The translations under genes were made by a program, and so were the position numbers. Below are positions 27,801 through 40,900 of a stretch of 64,000 bases of DNA, in pieces. The stretch is from Raillietiella orientalis (lineage: Eukaryota). How positions within the stretch are numbered: the stretch's first letter is position 1; every line of letters starts with the position of its first letter. The stretch spans positions 2,790,001-2,854,000 of the forward strand of contig JAYWIR010000022.1 in assembly GCA_036172245.1 (NCBI GenBank). The letters are read 5' to 3'. Under the pieces are notes generated by a model. The model was not told the DNA's origin. It saw only the letters and a list, made by a program, of their open reading frames with translations, and made no database searches.

Positions 27801-30509
27801 TACGATTCAGATGAATGGATTGAACTTCATCGTTTGAATTTCACATTAGATTTTACATCTTTAGTTCAGTCTGGGGTTTTCATAATTGGAAACAACTTCG
27901 AGAATTTACATTCAAAGGAAAAGTACTTTCCCAAAGAATTACAACTCAACAGTAGTTATACACGAGCGTATGATGGTTGTTCAGGAGAAGTAAAGATAGG
28001 AGGATTAGTTCTGCCATATTTTCAACCTGGAATCATTGTTCATCCAACTTCATCTCATTTCGAAATGCAAAACTACTCCACAGGGATTGATTTATCTTGT
28101 ATATTGTGCTATGACCGACTGTGTGAGGATAACAGTACTTGCTTTGATCCATGGACAAGTTATGCTTGTGACTGCCACAAAGGATTCATGGGACAACGTT
28201 GTGAAATAAACATTGATGACTGTATCAATTCAACATGTCAGCATGGTTATTGTATTGATGGAGTGAATAATTTTACTTGTACTTGTGAACAAGGATATAC
28301 ATCTTGGCTGTGAGTAAATTGCCATGATGGTTCTGTGATTAAAGGTTTCATTTCAAGATGTGATATGGAGATAAATGAGTGTTTGTCCTCTCCTTGTTCC
28401 AATGGAGGTACATGTGTTGATTTGTTAGGTTCCTATCAGTGTAGATGCACAAAGGATTATAAAGGCGACAATTGTGAAGTAGCTATTACTTGCCTGGATG
28501 ACCCATGTGAGAATGGGGGAACATGCATGAATATAGGTGAGAAACAATTACTTAAATGATGTTATCAGTGTTAAAATGCACAACTCAGTTGACATTTCCC
28601 AGCAACCACGAAATTTCACGTGTGTTTGCCCTTTTGGATATGAAGGACGTTATTGCAATCAAGTGACAGATTTTTGCATCAATGAACCGTGTTTGAATGG
28701 TGCTACGTGCTCTTCGATTCCTTTATCAGGGTTTCAGTGTCTGTGTCTTTTGGGCTATGCAGGACCTCACTGTGAAATTGATGTAGATGACTGTGAATCA
28801 TCTCCTTGCCATAATGGTTCGATTTGTATAGATCAAGTTAACTCCTATAAGTGTGACTGCAAAGAAGGTAAACAGTAGTGTAATAATTTTTCATTTTGTA
28901 TCTATCCCTTAAGGTTTTATGGGAATCCATTGTGAACTGGATATCGATGAATGCATGACCAACATTTGTTCAGGCAATTCTTCATGCAAAAATCTACATG
29001 GAGATTTTGAGTGTAGCTGCGCAGAAGGTCTTTGTGGAAAGACTTGTTCTTTGAACGATCCTTGTTATGAGGTATGGAGTGTGGTTGCTCCCTTCTTTTT
29101 TGACCTTTGCACATACTTTTATTTTTGATTCTTATTTTTCGCTTTTAGACAACGATATGTCAAAATCATGCAACTTGCCATTCAGAATGTGATGAAGGAA
29201 GTCAGGAAACTAGTTTTGATTGTGAGTGCCCAGAAGGATTTACAGGAAAGCTTTGTGAGGTAAACTTTTGTAGTCTCGAGAAACGGAATGGAAGTTTTTA
29301 CTTGAATTTTTCAATTCGGTACCCAATTTTTTGTGTTTATTCGATCAGAAGTTGAATTACATTTAGTTTCAAGGTTTACATCAAAATTTCCATATGAAAT
29401 TAATTTCCACGTAATTATTCGTGTATGCTTAGGAAGTTTGAAAAAAAATTAATTGCTAAACTCATTGTTATGAAAATTCTTTTCCAGTTTTTAATAATTC
29501 CAACCATTTTCGTGTCTGCATTTTGGAGAGCATAATTTTTTTTTTCCTGTCATTTTTGCAGTCCATTCAAGGACTGCAGTTAGTTGAAGACCTTCTTTGC
29601 ATACAGCTTTTATTCGTTGGCTCTGTTTTGGTTGTTTTTTGGTTTTTATGCGTGTTACTTGGATTGGGATTTCTGTTGCTCACCTTTTAGCACAGCAAGA
29701 GATAAAACATCGAAATCTTGCTTTATAGAAAATCCGAAATTCCTCAATTCCTTTATTAATGCCTCGTGCATAGTTTTCTTAAGCATAAAATTTTCCTGAT
29801 ACCATTGTCTTTTTATCCATTTACATAGTCGTCATTTTACAGTAGCGATTCATAAACATCTTTTGTCTATCGTATGCGTTTATGTATTATCATCCACACA
29901 GACACAGTAATACCAGAAATTGCGCAAGATCGAACTTGAGTTTTCAGGGCAAAGAACTTTGTTTTTTCTTCTTTTTTTTTTTTTTTTTAAAAAAAAAAAG
30001 CCCTTAGATTCCTGTAAGAGTTCTGCATAGGAAAAATGAAATGACGTGTATGGAAAATCGTTTTAAGATAGGTACACGAACGCGTTATTGTTTATGAACT
30101 GACATGTTCGGGAGCCAAATATTATACAAATGTGTAAACTCCCAAGTTGGAATGGAATTAAGCGGCTCCCTTTTTTGCGATAGTTCCAAAGCGTTGACGT
30201 GTACTTATTCTTTGATTTTTCGTGCACTTAAATGTGGATATTATTCCTTCTGGGAACTTGAAAGTTTCCCCCCCCCCTCCTTTTCAGACGAGCACTTTCT
30301 TCGATAAGATGGAAATAGGACTCATCATCGGACCATTATTGGGAATTATATTTCTCATTTCCCTAATTGGATTGCTAATTTTTGTGATGATGGCACGAAA
30401 GAAGAGAGCTACACGTGGAACGTACTCCCCGTCTCGACAAGAGTTGTATGGCTCGAGAGTGGAAATGGGGAATATGATTAAATCTCCTCCAGAGGAACGA
30501 CTCATATGA
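15805..30509 (+). CDS. crb: Crumbs (EGF repeats + laminin-G domains + TM + FERM/PDZ-binding tail), spliced, ~1881-1891 aa
   Basis: Hand-spliced exons: 15805-16354, 20250-20463 (or 20250-20426 plus microexon 20578-20584), 20653-20767, 21053-21155, 21209-21418, 21618-21685, 21734-21836, 21882-21959, 22042-22191, 22288-22436, 22484-22679, 24400-25352, 25401-25632, 26561-26871, 26917-27105, 27159-27340, 27386-28309, 28358-28536, 28589-28867, 28914-29071, 29149-29259, 30288-30509. N-terminal LamG-like block (FKTCSEG..FDNKWH..GYNYSGC); many Ca-binding EGFs (DIDECxSxPCxxG); Crumbs-type EGF insert (CLEKSN...HASGYICVC); three LamG domains; TM helix, then [16 protein letters not shown]...PPEERLI*. The start codon and the exon-2 donor are less certain. 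Confidence 0.96.
26212..26255. repeat. Perfect 44-bp palindrome in a crumbs intron
   Basis: ATGCATATGTTTTAAAAGGGCA|TGCCCTTTTAAAACATATGCAT: 22-bp arms with no spacer. Confidence 0.95.
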
Positions 30510-30632
30510 TTATGTCATTACTTAAACTGATTCTGATCTCAAGCTTTATGTTCTATCTATTATCTGGTGAAATGTTATTTGATTAAATTATTTTTTCAGA
30601 TAAAAAGAATATTTTCATATTTTATAGTATAT

Positions 30633-30638
30633 AATAAA
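30633..30638 (+). promoter_or_regulatory. Candidate polyadenylation signal of crumbs
   Basis: AATAAA ~125 nt after the crumbs stop codon, followed by a T-rich tract. Confidence 0.5.
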
Positions 30639-30699
30639 AGGTTTCATATAAGAGTCTATTCTGTTTTTTTTTTTTTTTTCTTTTCCCCAAGCACCATCG

Positions 30700-31080
30700 A
30701 AGCCAACTAATTATATCCAAATTAGAATCCGAAAGAGCAAATTGGGAACGGAAAAATGCTTCCGTGTGCAAATGATGCAAACGGCTGCATTGTGGGTGTA
30801 AAGTGGACACGATTTTCGGTTGAAAAGATGTGATTTTCGTTTGGTGTGGCGGGGGCGTGTTGTGCACGTATCCTGCGTGGCGAAAGTGGACTGCGGAACT
30901 TTTCGCGCCGCGTTTTATTTCATGTGGTGGTAGAAATCATGCAAGTCGATTCGTTTCAAAGAAGTTGCTGCCTTCCGCGGACAGAAACACTGGCGATCTT
31001 GCATGGAGGGATATGGATATGGCTGCAGGAATAAGGTTTTGGAGTAACCCAAGTGAATTTCTGCAAGATTTTGGAATATG
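30700..31080 (+). mobile_element. Possible decayed mariner transposase fragment
   Basis: KDVIFVWCGGGVL and WLQE*GF resemble mariner KVMLSVWWD..GVI and LQELGW. Weak. Confidence 0.25.
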
Positions 31081-31823
31081 ATGCTGATTTAAGGAAATAC
31101 CCAAAGTGCGAACACCGACTCGAAAATTGAAAGGCATCCTGCTGCATCCAAGGTCAGAGCATTCCTGCAAGTGAGGCATCTGGGGAGGGCATCCAGTGCC
31201 TTCGGAAACCATGAATTTGCTACCGAGGCCGGAGCACCTCTGAAAAGATCACAAGGACCACGCACGACGGAAAATGGTTGCAGATCGTATGTGGCTGTTG
31301 TCGATCATCTCATAATGGCTTGAGCACGCGAAACGAGGGATTGGGGAAGAACGCACGCGGTTACGAGTGAAGATGCTTCTGCAGAAGAAGGCAAGGGAAG
31401 CAAGAATAGGGGGAACAAACGTGACTTCGTTTGAGGTTACGATGCGAATGGGCACAGAAAACTTGTGAAATCATTATAAACTGCGCATATCGGAATCAAC
31501 ACAGCACGATTATTATTGTTTGTTACCCAAGGCGTACACAAGATGCGTACAGTCCCAGAACCAGGACTGAATACCATTGGGAGATAGAATACGAATGATA
31601 GAATACTGTGGTGGGAAATGGGTACGCACGGAAAGAGTTGAGCTTCCTATGAAGGCAGACGACTATGCGCAGTTGCAAGCCCTCGTATTCGTGTGACTCG
31701 CTGTACAGTTTCCATACGATACTTACTACTATGTGCGATAAGTTCCAAGCAATAGGAGGGATTTACCAGCCTTATACAGCACGAAATGAGACTCCAAAGC
31801 GCCATTTTCAAAAGAACAATTTT

Positions 31824-31829
31824 TTTATT
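31824..31829 (-). promoter_or_regulatory. Candidate polyadenylation signal of Rab35
   Basis: Minus-strand AATAAA ~160 nt after the Rab35 stop codon. Confidence 0.4.
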
Positions 31830-31988
31830 TGCATATTTATAATCGAAGCATGGAGACGCTGCTGGTGGAGACTGAAGTCCGCACTTTTTTTTTTTTTTCA
31901 ATACATATATATATGATGACAAAAAGAATGCTGAATAAATTGCATCATGGGACAGTTGGCTTCGTCTCTCCAAAAGGAATCCATTATT

Positions 31989-34900
31989 CTAGCAACGCTT
32001 TCTTCTTTGTAAATGTTTCCCACTTTTGCGAAGGTTTACGGTCTCGTTATTATTCATAATCTGCTTTTTCTCCCTCTTTGTTCGAAGCACAAGTTTGGTG
32101 ATGGCACTAAACATCTGAAAAGCATCTCCATCAACATACACGGGGAAACACATGCGTGGAAATTATGTAGAAATCTTTGCGAGAGCGTCTGTTTGTAGGT
32201 GCAGCAAAAAACAAACATCGCGTAAGAAGCATAGTACACCAAGACAGTATACAGGAGGAGCATGACGCAACGAAGCAGCACGAACGTGCGTAGTGTGTAG
32301 TGTATAGGTTAAGCACACACATCTACGTGAGACTCCGTTGAACTCGTGAAATCATATCGACGACACACTTCGCTGTGTCTTTGTTTTCCAAACAACAACA
32401 ACAAAAGCAAAGGAAATGGTTGAACAAGGTAAAGCAATCAGGGTTTCTTGAAATTACAGAGCTTTTGCTAATTTCGGCATTTTTTCCTTTGCTGCAGCTT
32501 AAAACATAAACAACTGGACAGGCACAAGTCAAAGGCACGAATCGGAAGGAAAATTCAAAAGGAGGTTACCTCTTCTACGTTTACGTTGTCCTTAGCACTC
32601 GTTTCAAACAGCTGAATGCCCATCTGATCGGCAAACCTCTGAGCATCTTCGTGCAGTACGACTTTTCGATCGGGTGCATCATTTTTGTTGCCAACTACAT
32701 GGGGGTTAAATAATGATGACAGTACATTTATCAACTGAAAAGTCGTTTTTAAAACAGAACCCGTGAAACTGCCAAAGCTTCCGCGTGTGCTGGGTCAGGT
32801 CAGGATCGCGAGGGGAAAAATCCGCAGGACGAACCGGCGACAACACGTGCACGCAGTTGTTCGGAATCAAGTTGATGTACGGATTTTTAGGTACAGCAGT
32901 TACATACGTGCAGAATCGCAATCACTACGTCCACCGGCTCGGAAAGATGAATGCTCAAATCGTCCATGCATTCCTTTTTGCAACACCGCCAACACAAAGA
33001 AAGGCCCTGCACGAAAAACTTCGTCAAGGCCCCATTCCAGTGGGGGGGAGGGGAGGGGCAATTGCAAACACGTGCCAGCATGAAAACCGTGCCTACGAAT
33101 CCAACCTCAGACGCCCCAATTTCATTGCATGATTCTCGACTGCTTGCCCCGAGTCGCAATGCCGTCAAAGTTTCCGCTGTCTCCGAGCACCCCACCACCA
33201 AGAGATTCAGAGCATCTCATGGATCCGTTGCACGGTCAGATGTCAAAGATTTCTCTGGGACTGAGCAGCAGCTCACTCCAGTGAAATGCAACCAACACCC
33301 GATCTGAATCTGTATGCAACACTTTCGTTTCGCTGCGTCTTGTTCCCTGATGTTTTTTTTTTTTGTTCTTCTTCCAAAATACGGCGCAGAGCTCATCAAC
33401 AAGAAACCTTCTTAGTTTAGAAAGCAAGGCATTAATGGTGTCAACTTCTACAATGATGTAAAGCTGTAGTCGAATTCTGCGATTTCTGGATTCCTTACCC
33501 AAAGTTTTTCTTCAACTATTAGGATAAGAGAGAGAGCACCTATTCGAAACACGACAGAGTCTCCTTTCTTCAACCTTGGACCTTTTACACATGGAACAAA
33601 TTGGAAGGAAAGAAGGTCTAGGGTGAGTTTGTGGTTTGTTTATTGGAATGGTAGTGAAGGATGGGAGTCTAATATTGAGGTAGATTAGAAGGGAGATTGA
33701 AGAAGAGATGACTAGGGTGATTGCTAGTGGGGTAGGAATTAGTTCTAAGGTTGTTCATTTGGGAAAGAAACCTGGTAGAGGGGGCATACCGGAGAGGTTT
33801 AGTAGTATGAGGAATAGTAGGGGTGGGGCGGAGAAGTTGAAGGTTGGGATGTGAGGTAGCGAATGTGTGTTTCTTTTTTGTAGGAGTGATGATGCATCTG
33901 AGCGTGTTGATGAATAGATGGTTAAGTATATAATTCATATTGTGGAAGATGTACTTACTGTAGAGGTTATTCATGCTATGTGGCAAATAGATGAATAGCT
34001 TATAAGTAGTCGGATAGATGGGGTGGTTAGAGCTATGATGGGCACTATTATGGCTACATGTAATAGGTCCGTTTCCTTGGAACGTTCGTACTTCCTCCAC
34101 GGGAATAGCATGAACACACACAATTGGTCCTCGACTTGACAAAGATTATCTTATTCGGATATTTCAAATATTTGGAATCCAAATTTTGTTCTATACAACG
34201 GAATGAAAAGACCCACGTCCTTTTGTGTGCAAATCAAACACTTTGAAAAGTTTTTCCACAACACCAGTGGGTCTTCCAATAAAAGATAACTTTGGTTTAT
34301 GCTTTTACAGCAGCAGAAAATTAATTTTACCATACTGATTTTTAGCTTTTTGAAATACATTACAACTGAGAGGAAACCACTGAACTGATTTCTGGTACGA
34401 ATCCTATATTGTATATGTTCCATTCTGATAAATTTGTTTAGAAATTTACGATAACACGATACACACATAAAGAGGAAGACGAGTATGTACCATTGATGAA
34501 AGCGACACACGAAGGTATCCATAAGTACAATGTCTGCAATGCATCCCTAACATGAAATTATACCCTTTGTTTACATACTGGAGGGGAAAAAAAATTCCCT
34601 ACAAAATGCAGCTGCTTCTTTGAAAAACCATCCCGTCGATCGACTGCCAATAGCACTGTACACCTAAAATGCTTTAATAAAAAATCATTTCTTAAATCTT
34701 CCGGTGGATCCTCACTCTTCAACCAATCCTGAAGTCATCTGGATAAAATCAGATTGCTGTGGTACTTGTCGGGGCTGTTCTCAATAGAACGGGATCCCGA
34801 ATATAATGTTCTCAAAGAAGGACGAAATGTTGAAAAAGACTCCACAGGCATAATCAGGTTGTCGGACAACGCTATGTTAGTCTTTAAAGAAATTCCAGAA

Positions 34901-37900
34901 CATCTGAAAGTTCAGTCTTCAGATTTATTCCAAAAATTGTCAAGTTCTTGCGTTGCTTTTCCATTGGTGCAGGATTTCTTTCATTTTTATTTTTATTCTA
35001 CAAAGGCACCAAGTTCTTCAAAATCGAAAATCTAAAATTTGCTTTTCGTTCTATTTCGTGCTTCTCCATTTCCATTTCCATCGTCTAGACAATCTTCAAC
35101 AAAACCAACGAACATAAAAAGGATAATTTATTTCCGACTTATTCTGGTTCTTAGTTTTACAGAGGCCTCCATTCTATCTCTTCTTACTCAACTGATATCC
35201 AATTTTCCGAAAAATCAAACCGAATTCCTTTCCTTTTTCTTTCTGTAAAGGAACTTATGCGAAGTTGCTTCGTGCTCTCCAAAACGAAGTTTCAAGTTAG
35301 TGATCAAAAGTCGAATTTGCCATTCACTGCTGCATCTGACCTATTTTCTCTTTAGGTCGTACAATTTATTTTAGTTGAATGCATTCATTTCATTTGGTCA
35401 TAACTATCCAAATTCAATAAACGCATCCAAAACTAAAATCCAACTTGCTCTAATTGACTTCTGTACTCTAACTTGAAAAAGGCTTCCTTTTCCGGGAAAT
35501 CTAAGCAAAAGCTGAAAATTACTTAACACGTCTTTTTGAGAGTCAACCATTGATAATCAACCAATTTGCTTTCAGCAGCACGAATGGATCTTCAAAACTT
35601 CAGCGCACGACAAAAGTTAAACTCTTCGGATGCGGAGGTTCTCGCTCCTTCCAGGACGAAAAAGTTTCCAGCATGAGTTTCCCATTCTGCTATTCCTGCA
35701 CATCTCACAAAGCAGCTCTCTAACACACGCTACTTCCACGACCACTTCATAATCCAGAGTCCATTTCGAAAAATCCTTTATGCCTTCCAAATGTTTTTTT
35801 GTTTTTTTTAAAAAAAAAAAGAAATTTATTTTCGATTTTTATACAAACCAGACTCGGTCCAATCGGGATAATTTATCCTCAAATGGCATTTACTACGAAA
35901 TTCTTGTTTTTTTTTTTTTTATTTTTGTTTCGGTACGTTCTCCAATAACCGTTTTCTGTTCACTGAGGAACCTTTGGATTCTCACATCTTGATGCTGACC
36001 ACCTTTCTGCGTGCCTTGGAATAGCGTTTACTGAACTTTACTCTTTAATCGAATTCATCATATCAGTGTGAATTTAAAAGCAGAGCGGAAGGATAAAAAG
36101 ATGCTGATAGCATTAATTTCATACTCTTTTCCAACTTCCATGTAATTTATGTGGGAGAAGTTTCAATAAACCTTGAAGATTATGGCAAAAGTTTTGCACG
36201 TGAATGATGTGATGTTTCACGAGTCATTTCAATCCATTCCGAAAATTTTGAAAAGGATGCATTTTTGCATGTTGTTATCTCTCTATAAAGATTACTAAGC
36301 ACACAAGCCAGAAAGATAAAGAAAAATTAGTATTATTATTTATCACTAAGGATTAACTTTGACCCAAACATTTGCAACACACTTAGCAATTCTAGTTAAA
36401 GGTAATTGTGGATTTGTGTTTCAATAGTGAAATCAAAAGCTGAATCCATCGTCTTCTACTAATCCCCAGCAATCCAACTGTATTTTCAATTTTCAACAGG
36501 CAAACACGTAACATGAATATACTGCTACAAATCAATAAATCTAAAACAAACATGGCTCAAACAAAACAATCTTGCACACAGTATAGAAAAATTAATCACA
36601 AATTCCTACCAAATCCTATTAAATTTCATTTCATCTACTAAATTTATAAGACTTGCATTCACTTGCTACTTCTACTAAATTTCATTTTATTAATCAACAT
36701 GTACTTAATGTGAGCACGAATATGGCTTATTAACCAAATACATGTATAAGGCTTGCATTTACTAAATCAAATCTTCACAAGTGATCGTTCTGTGTTCATC
36801 TAACTCAATGAAAAAAGATTTCCATTGAAGATATAATGGTATATGTGTCTAATAAAGGAGTCCGTAATGAAACTACGGTACCAGTAAATATCCTTGAGGG
36901 CACTAAAACTAATGAAGGCATTTTCACATCAGCATAATCGTGCTCATTTGAAAAGGTTTTGAATAAACCACATAGATCAACTGCTACTGCAAAAAATTAC
37001 CACTAAGTATCAAAAAACTTTTACATCTATTAGTTACTGATTCACTGAAATAATACAATAATAGGTCTCCATGCATTTATCTAGTCACAAACTGAAATTG
37101 CAATAATTCTTCTGGTATATAAGTGTGAAACATTCAGTTACAAAATTCCGTCACCAGTATCGACCCCGTACATGCATTCTGCACATGTACATTCGTATAG
37201 AAACTGATTCAAGACATAGATATCCAGCAAAATTCAAAAATCACACAGAACTCACACTAGAATATCCTATAGTTGTTTTATTCAAGGCCTTTGATAAATC
37301 AGCACACAATTACCAAGTGAACTGCAACTGTTTCAGCAGCATGAATTCTCACACCATGCTCCACACTAAAGATGCCAACACCCATGTAGAGCTTTCAGAA
37401 AAGTTCGTTACTAAATTACTACTCTTACTATAAGATTTCAGTATGTTAAAACTAAAAGACCCAGGAAATAAGAAACTTGAAATGGAAGCCCCATGTCCAA
37501 CTACAATCATGCACATTTCAATTGCACGATATGCATTTCCAAGCAATGCTTGTCAACAATGATGGGCTTGCACACAACTATGATGAAATATTTGTAATGG
37601 AAAAATGTCAAAAAAACAGCAACAAGTTCGAATAGTAAGTGATGCCAATCAAAATTGAATAAACCAAGTACTGTATGAGCTAATAATACATTGCAGCTAA
37701 CTCAGTGGAAGGGGGAAAAAGAGCTTTGGATTTAGTGTGACTGCACACTTCCTACCACTAGTAGGAACTATTAAGACACACAACACCTATGTTTCTAGCA
37801 CAACTTACATAAATAATTAATTTGAAAAAAAGATGCTTCTTAGATGCACTCTTATCTGGGTAAGATGTTTCACGCAACATTTACATAAACAAATGAGAAA

Positions 37901-40900
37901 ATTGACAAGTACTATAATCTAGCAAATAGTTTCACAATTTCAAGATGTTAGAATCTTGCAAAATTTTGTCATGAATATGATTAAAATAAGAATTAACAAT
38001 TCTTAATCAGTTCAGTTTTATAAATGAATTTCTATTTTTATGAAGGTTCCAATTTTAGAACAATGATTAATGAACACTGAGCATTAAATTTGAATCTGAC
38101 CTCAAAAGAGGCACGTCCTATACATGAAATTATCAGAAATCCATTAACTATTGCGTTTTCATAAACATTACTACTCTAATGTATTGGTTCTTTCTTATCA
38201 CACTTCATTAAAATTCAAATGCATACCTAAAATTCGACTGACAAAATCACAATTTTGGTCAATTTCATGCAGCCATCTTTTCACATTCGCAAATGTGTCA
38301 CCATTGGTTACATCATACACTACAATTACACCGTGTGTGCCTCGATAATAACTAAAAAAAATAAAAAAATAAAAACAATCTGCCAAATAATTTGTGAAGA
38401 TTAATGAATTTCATGATTATTCGAATTTGCAAGCAGCTGCAAAGATACAATTTTCTATACACTTTCAATAGCTTTATGAGAACTTTAAATATTCTAATGT
38501 TTTGGGACAACTCGAAAAACATTTCTTTCACATCTGGGTCAGCAGAGAAACTTTTTCCTATTTAGAAAAACCTATCGATGAATTGGAAACAGAAATGTTG
38601 TAACCAGTAGTTTAAAATTCGATAGGGCTTTCATTAATGTAAATACTTTATAACTTGACTAATAATTGGTAACACATGATATTTCTGCATTAATCACCGA
38701 TTTTCGAGAGCATGGAAATAAATTGTACTCATATGAAACTGGACTAAAGGCACAAAGTTACCATAGTATTTAGGCAAACGTGAATGTTATAAATTGTATA
38801 TCCTTAACCTTGTTGAAAATTTCACAGTAATTGAATGTATGAAAAAATCAAGTGAACATTCTTCATCTGAAAAATGAGAATTCAAGAGATCAATTATGCT
38901 AGTGAATTGAGCTGAGATTCCATGGAATGGTAACTGTTGGAACCATGACACAATAACGGTTCCAAACAATTACGTATCCTCAGAAAAACAGAATAGTCTG
39001 ATGTTCTGGAGCAATTTGATTATATAAGTTAAATAATAAATTGAAAATGTTTATAAATATTTATGACACTAAAGCAAAATTTGTACTTCACATACAGATC
39101 ACAGTCAAAACATCAAATGTATAACATGTATCAAACATGTACTAAACATGTATTAAATACCTCCTCAAGGTGAAAATATTTAGCAAATACACTGGATGCT
39201 ACGATGAATGAAACAACGAGAAGGAAATACTCAAAGTTTAAGAATTCATAAATAAAAACATTCATAAGAAAGGAAACTTTTCGATCATCTGGCATACAAA
39301 CAGGATCCCCCAAAAATAAGGAAAAGGTGAAACTTTAAATAACAGCATGTATCAATCAAATAAATATAAAAGAATAAAGAAATGTTGCTAGGCTTGGATG
39401 ATGTAAGAATTTAATTATCGGTCTCGAACTAATTCTAGTGTCCACCTAATTAACTTAAAGGCATAGGAAAAACTCAATATGAGGTGAGATAATAGAAAGT
39501 TGTTTCTGTCCCTGAAAACCTTATGAAACAGGGTTAGAAATAGGAGTCAATGCCAAGCGTAATTGCCTCTCCAGCTAACAGAAGCAGATGAGTTAGAAAC
39601 CTGACAAGGAAGTAATTATTGAACATTTCATGAGCATTAAACATATACTGCATGGCTGACATCACTACAGAAACATACTGCACAGCTAGTACAATGTATA
39701 GTTCAAAGAGCTTTAACAATTGCAATGCCAATGCCATTGCTTTAAGCAAATAAACAGATTCTTTTTGTCAGAAAGGCAAAAATCATACCCCAATATAAAT
39801 CATTAAATCAAAAAAAAAATATTTCTCAGATAATTAGAAAACACACATGAGCACAAGGCTGTCAACAAAAATGAATGGAAATTTTCCTGGGTACACATAC
39901 TAAATGCAATTCAAGATGGAACAACTTTGAAGGGAATTATTTTCTTGATCACAAAAAAATATATTTAAATAACACAATTCTTACGTAGATGTAATAGTTC
40001 TAAATCTTTCTTGACCTGCTGTATCCCATATCTGAAGTTTGACTTTTTCACCATTTACATTTACAGTTCTAATTTTGAAATCTACACCAATTGTTGTGAT
40101 ATAATTTCCGGTAAACATGTTGTCAGCAAAACGAACCAACAGGGAGCTTTTGCCAACACCTACAAAAAATAGAATTCATTACTGAAATTTGCAAATAAAG
40201 TGATCCTCTTGATTGTGCAAGTAGAAAAAAATTTGAACACATATAATGAAAATTGAAGGGCAAAGAAATGCAACACCAAAAATACATAAACACATAAATG
40301 TATTTATGTATTTTTCAAAAACAAAAGAGAGAAAAAAATAAAAAATAATGACAATAAAACATAAGTCCAGAATTTATCCTTCTTATAAGAAAGATTTAAG
40401 TTTACTTCATTACAAAACAGAATAAGAGAATTTGTTTCTAAATTTTTTTATATTTTTTTTGCACATCCTTTTTGTACAAAACACATATGGGCAACCTCAT
40501 GAAAGTTCACAATATATATCAAAAGATTTGACTGTAACAAGATTAAAAGGCAGGTTTGATACACAGCAAGCTTGCAAAATACCAACATTTACATGACACA
40601 TTCTGTTGAAAGTGAAGCAAATAATCAACAAGTTTACCATATAAATTAATTAATTTGATTCCAATATTGTGGAATTCATGACAGATTGCCACAATATTGA
40701 TGAAATGGAAATTTAACATGAAACTATTCCTATTGATAAAAAATAAGTTTGAATAAAAAGTTCTTTTCAGTTTGAATTCCCCTTATAGATTATGGATGGC
40801 AAATTAGGAAACAAAACACAAGATAAAATTCAAAGTGCATGAAGTATTTCGTCATTTTTTCACACATTAATCAAAACTATGGGTATGCTCATTTTTTTAA

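Noticed and set aside
20250..29259. Notch, Serrate/Delta or eyes shut identity for the EGF-repeat gene
   Set aside because: No LNR, ankyrin or DSL domains are present. The LamG layout and the GTYSPS…ERLI tail are diagnostic of Crumbs.
32760..33400. Overlapping 100-118 aa ORFs in Rab35 intron 3 as a nested gene
   Set aside because: No recognisable domain or splice structure; probably TE-derived.
33669..34142. 157-aa His/Asn/Pro-rich minus-strand ORF as a novel gene
   Set aside because: It is an off-frame reading of the ND2 NUMT.
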